A stretch of 63,927 nucleotides of DNA, the filler included, from Hausera hauseri (lineage: Eukaryota), in the NCBI GenBank assembly GCA_046269625.1. It is 11 parts of 11 records of this genome, joined end to end, with 100 filler letters (N's around TTAATTAATTAA, not from the genome) between each part and the next. Parts side by side here need not be neighbours in the genome. Positions count along the whole stretch, not along the records: positions 53,486 to 59,444 come from JBJURY010162976.1; positions 59,545 to 63,927 come from JBJURY010608110.1; 9 more parts are not named here. The stretch is one strand, 5' to 3'. A program made the position numbers and the translations under genes. The number at the start of each line of letters is the position of its first letter. The first letter of the stretch is position 1. Of the stretch, positions 59,356 to 63,927 are shown in pieces. The notes beneath the pieces were generated by a model. It was not told the DNA's origin and ran no database searches. It saw only the letters and a list, made by a program, of their open reading frames with translations.

Positions 59356-59544
59356 GTTAGATGCTAGTCCAGCACCTTCTGTGTGTAGTTTATGTCCTTA
59401 AGAATTTATTGAGTATGTCCGGATCTCTATCATATGCAGGCAAANNNNNNNNNNNNNNNNNNNNNNNNNNNNNNNNNNNNNNNNNNNNTTAATTAATTAA
59501 NNNNNNNNNNNNNNNNNNNNNNNNNNNNNNNNNNNNNNNNNNNN

Positions 59545-59920
59545 GGAGAAAAGACTAGCTATAAGAAGAAATCCAAAAAGGATGGAAGAGCACTACCTAA
59601 CATAGATTCCGAAGGAAGATTCAAATGTTTTAATTGTAATAAATATGGACATATAGCGAAATCATGTAGATTACGTAGAGGAGACTCTTTAAAAGCAAAT
59701 AATAAGAATAAACAAAAGAAGGATCACACATCAGCTACGTCAGACGAATCATCGGATAGAGAATATGAAACGGAGGATAGTGAACCAGAAGTTAAGAAAA
59801 AAGATAAAAAGAAAGAAAGTGTCAATTATATAAATGATACACTACCTCAACACATGAAAAAGCAATTAGAGATAGAACTACAAGAGTACAAAAGACAACA
59901 GCAAAGATTGAAAGAGTAAT
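59545..59920 (+). CDS. gag: Gag C-terminus with CCHC zinc knuckle
   Basis: Manual translation GRFKCFNCNKYGHIAKSCR (59626-59667). Confidence 0.75.
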
Positions 59921-60233
59921 ATATACATGGTAGGAGATCAACCGGAGAAAAGAGCATCTCATATAGGAAGGAAGAAATGTAATAAGAAAATAATTGACGT
60001 AGAAGTTGGATCAAGAGAAACGTCAACAAAGGGGGAAGAGGTAGTGAAAGGAAAGAAAGGCGGAAGAAGGAAGAGTAACCTTAGTACACCCTCATTGGAC
60101 GAAGACGAACCTCAAGTTACACTAATATTTGACGAAGCTATATTAGGTAATAAGAAACCCAGGTGTAAATTTAGACAAGGAGGAGGATATCATTCAGGCA
60201 GTATTAGCTGTAGACCCTGGTAATATAATCGAT

Positions 60234-63200
60234 GTGGATAAAACGACTACCACGATATTGAAGATAATCACCAGTAATATAACGGTAGAAAGAATGAACG
60301 AAATTGTACATCAATTGGTATTATTAGCCCAAGATGCCAGTCGTGTCAGAGAAATAGCCAGGACAGTATTGGCCAAAGCCGCAGAAGATGAGAAAAGCAG
60401 GAATGAAGCTGTACGAATAACAATAAGAGAAGGAAACCATGATATGAGGGTCATCAGGATGAATGAAATAGATGACATACAAACTTTAAGAGAAAAGATT
60501 AAGGAGTTGGAGCCTTTCTACCAAGGAAGCCCGTATGGATTAAATTATTTTGGAAGGACATTATACAATTATGATAAGTTATTAAGAATTGGATGTAGAA
60601 GTGAGAACTACAATCCAATAACGATAACTGAGGTTCACCTAGAGGCAAGAGCGCAAGCAACAGTGGAAAATATTCTAAGAGAAATGGAACCGCAGAAAGT
60701 AGAGAAACCCATGGGCGATACACAAGACGTCACAGTCCAGACGGAAGCCAAGAGAATAGGTAGGCCGAGAGGGAAAAAAATAAGTGACATACGCAATAGA
60801 AAAGATAGAAACGAAGAAATAGTAAGACGTTTGTTGTTAGCAGGAACAAATGGCACTCCCGAATCGGAAGATATTAATCCATTGCTAAGAACGTTATTGG
60901 CTAGGCTGCATAAGTCATTTGCCTCATTTGACATGCAGACAATAATCCCAGATGAACTGTTTACAACGTTACGTAATAATATGCTACGAATAAGTCGACA
61001 ATTATATGAGAATTTAGATGAAGAACGAATAATCGAATTACATGAGTTAAATATTTTGGAGAAGATGTTCGCAACAGGAATCACACGAGATAAAGCTCAA
61101 ACGGCTATATCTAATCTTCTGTATAAAATAATAGTAATTAATCACCAAACTCAAAATCTAGAAGAGATTGAACGAAATATAAAGACAGCCGTAAAGATTT
61201 TAAAGGATACGCTAGGAAGCTGGGCTCAATGTAGAGGCGGATGGTTGAACTGCCTGATGACCAATATAATGAGGTCAGGAGAACGAGAAAGATTAGTAGA
61301 TACACCTACCACAACGCAATCAAACGTCTCTAGACCAGGCATGACAAGTATATTAATAATGGAAATTCTTCAAATTCTCTTAATAACGTCGCAATTAATG
61401 CCAAAAGCCGTAGGTATAGTGGCTTACTATTGCTCTAAACCTAGCAAAGGGCAGAAATACTCCCTAATAGATTTGGAGAAGTGTCCAGAAGCCGATTTAG
61501 AACAGTTAACAACTACAGGTGGGCTTACATACTGGATATACCAAGCATCTGAGTTTATAAGAGCAAACGTCATGGAATGTTACGTGAAAAGATGATTTTT
61601 CCTGTTTAATTGTGTTCATTATTCGGGAAATTCGGCTATAATCGTGCCCATAACACCTTTCGAAACAATAATATCACAAGCAGAATGCCAGGATACTTTT
61701 AAGATTGTTATAATAACTATACAAAACGCACACATACCGGCAGTTCGAAACAGAATAAAATATACAAGAATTTTCATGGCAGGAAGAATAGACAAAAACA
61801 ATGGAAGGCACCTGTAAAGGAATGGATTACGATGTTGAAGGTACCATCGCGCTCAGAACAGTGGCCATAGAAGATTACCAGATCCAGTTGAAAGAATATG
61901 AGAGATTATTCGATTCACAAACAAAATTGTTGACGACTATAAGTGAGTCCGAATATGATAATGGCGAGTGAGTTACTGGAGAGTCAAAAATGACATGGGA
62001 AACATCGGCAAGTAAGTGTCAGTTGACACTGTTAAAGGAAGGAAAGTTTAACAAGACAGTAGGAAAACGGCAGAAAAAGAAACAGCGACATATAAAGAAG
62101 GAGCAAAGGAAGTCAAGATGATTGAAGTAGCTACAATTGTATATTCGGAAAATCCAGAAGAAATGATGCAATTCAAAATCACTGGAGTAGCAAGTAAGTG
62201 TAGCGAAGAAATATCAAAAACTAACTATAAGAAATACCCGGGGCAAAAACTAAGATAGATAATAACGATATCATGCTAACACAATATTTCGACAATAATA
62301 TCGATATCCTAATTAATTATGTGAGGAAAGAAATTAGAGGTCTGTATCGAGAAATAGTAATGAACGAGTGTCAATTGAATTACGAAATAATGCGTAATAA
62401 AATGGCATTAGCAATCACAAATCCAGACATGGTAACGCCGGTGATGCCCTTTGGGGATGGAATTATCGGAAGAGTGATGGGCGAGGTACGGTTAACAATA
62501 GAATGCAAGAAGGTAGAAGTATCAATCAGACCAGTGGACGAATGTACACTGGAATTACCGGTAGTTTACCACACGGAAGCGAGATATGTGATGCCAGTAA
62601 CCCGAATATTATTAGATATTAACGTGAAACCTACTCCATTATACAATTGTACCTTCAATATGTCGCCAATGTTTAAAATCGATAATGGAAAATGTATCCG
62701 AATGCCCAAAAGAGAGCCAGTGTCCAAACCGGAGACATTAAGTTTGATTAATCTGCAAAGGAACCAAAAATTTGAACCATTAACAGGAATATCTCAGGGA
62801 GGAATTTACACACAACAAAATCTAGAGGATTACCGACGTATGTTACTCTTTCCCCAACAGAGACAGAGGGTTATAACAGAACTAACCAGGAGAGTAATGT
62901 GGGATGGTAAAGGATCACCACAATAAGAAAACCTAATGGGTAAGGACTATCTAAAAAGAGTAACAAAAAACGTTATTGAAAAGATGTGGGAAAAGTTCTT
63001 ATATTTCGGTCAAGCAGCTTCCGGTTTTTTAGCTGTATATTTCATTATTAGCGCCATACGGACAGTTTTTATGGCACTAGGTAAGGCATATGGAATACAT
63101 GCAGCAGTAGGATGCTCATGGAAAATCCTAATAGCTGTAATACCAGCAGTAGCAAGCTGTTTTCTAGCAAACAATGATGCACGATGGAAGAGGACAATAT

Positions 63201-63535
63201 TACAAAGGAAAGACATAAAAGGATCCCTGTGTAATATACCTAATGATAATGATGTTGGATATAATCAGGTAAAGGCAAAAACAAAATACAGTCGAGTAAC
63301 CGAAATTAAACAACTAGTGCTGAAGACACGAAAACCGAAGTACAGACAACAGTTGATAACTGACATACCTCACCTAGATCCAGTAGATGAATGCCATGGA
63401 CAGTTATATAACGAGCAATCAATAGTAAACCCCTCTGCTGCTCGATACGTAGTGCATACAGGATTATACCCAATGCATCAAATACAACAGATGCAACGAA
63501 ATCTTGACGAAAACGTGATACCGTATAAACGCTAA
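60234..63535 (+). pseudogene. ORF2-Env polyprotein: helical domain, Ubl (60411-60644), then chuvirus-like class III glycoprotein; fragmented
   Basis: Signal-like ILIMEILQILLITSQLMPKAVGIVAYYC...YSLIDLEKC; LYREIVMNECQL; MGEVRLTIECKKVEV...ECTLELPV; GGIYT; C-terminal hydrophobic FGQAASGFLAVYFII...GCSWKILIAV. Confidence 0.8.
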
Positions 63536-63569
63536 TCTACATATAAAACTGATGATAAAAATGAACTAC

Positions 63570-63927
63570 AACCACGTATAAGGCCAAAAATAGCGATAGA
63601 GGTGACTGGATACCCAATGACAGCGTTGCTTGATACGGGTCTACAACGACGATAATGGGAAGGAGCCAATTGCCGAAAGAGTTAAAATGGAAATTACAAA
63701 AACCAACAACTACTTTGGTGAATGTAGGAGCATTCGGTACAGAAGAAGAAATTAAGAGGGTCTTAGATGCAAGAATTAAGATCGGTAAGCAGACCGTGGA
63801 ACATACTATAAGGATAGCTGAGCATCTGGCTAATGAAATTTTAATTGGACGCGATATATTAAACCAATTGGAAAATGTTTACATAGATTTAAAGACATGC
63901 CAACTGAAGACTTTCGGTGAAGATAGT
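63570..63927 (+). pseudogene. pol: Retropepsin (start of pol), frameshifted, runs off the window
   Basis: RPKIAIEVTGYPMTALLDTG(fs)STTTIMG...ILIGRDILNQLENVYIDLKTCQL. Confidence 0.8.

Noticed and set aside
7152-59544. Regularly recurring TTAATTAATTAA palindrome as a biological repeat or CRISPR-like array
   Set aside because: Always flanked by exactly 44 N on each side; it is a synthetic six-frame-stop linker
1-63927. Prokaryotic defence systems, rRNA/tRNA genes or CRISPR arrays
   Set aside because: None seen; all recognisable content is eukaryotic mobile DNA or eukaryotic gene fragments

Overview
This is not one locus. It is a concatenation of about 11 short eukaryotic contigs (probably animal, AT-rich) joined by artificial 100-nt linkers (44 N + TTAATTAATTAA + 44 N). 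Contigs: A 193-7151, B 7252-12219, C 12320-16454, D 16555-20684, E 20785-25004, F 25105-29618, G 29719-37827, H 37928-43295, I 43396-53385, J 53486-59444, K 59545-63927. Almost all of it is mobile DNA. (1) One intact CsRN1-like Ty3/Gypsy element with a clear -1 frameshift signal (A). (2) A decayed Ty3/Gypsy family seen in four contigs (B, E, G, I). In every copy Gag is preceded by a ubiquitin-like domain ending in R-[LI]-R-G-G, and upstream of that lies a different cargo in each copy: USP7 C-terminal Ubl domains plus a zinc-finger ORF in I, and extra ORFs plus an intact intronless SETD2-like H3K36 methyltransferase in G. (3) Two Gypsy-type elements (J, K) with a chuvirus-like class III glycoprotein downstream of gag, and in K directly upstream of the protease (gag-env-pol); both also carry a Ubl domain ahead of the glycoprotein. 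(4) LTR-element accessory ORFs: a pseudo-DEDDh exonuclease (C) and a type I membrane protein with repeated beta-rich units (F). (5) Decayed Polinton/Maverick modules: a capsid cassette (D) and two convergent pPolB copies (H). Best candidate for a new system: retrotransposons that use a ubiquitin-like GG linker to couple exchangeable captured host cargo to Gag. All assignments come from manual translation and motif recognition; no database searches were run.
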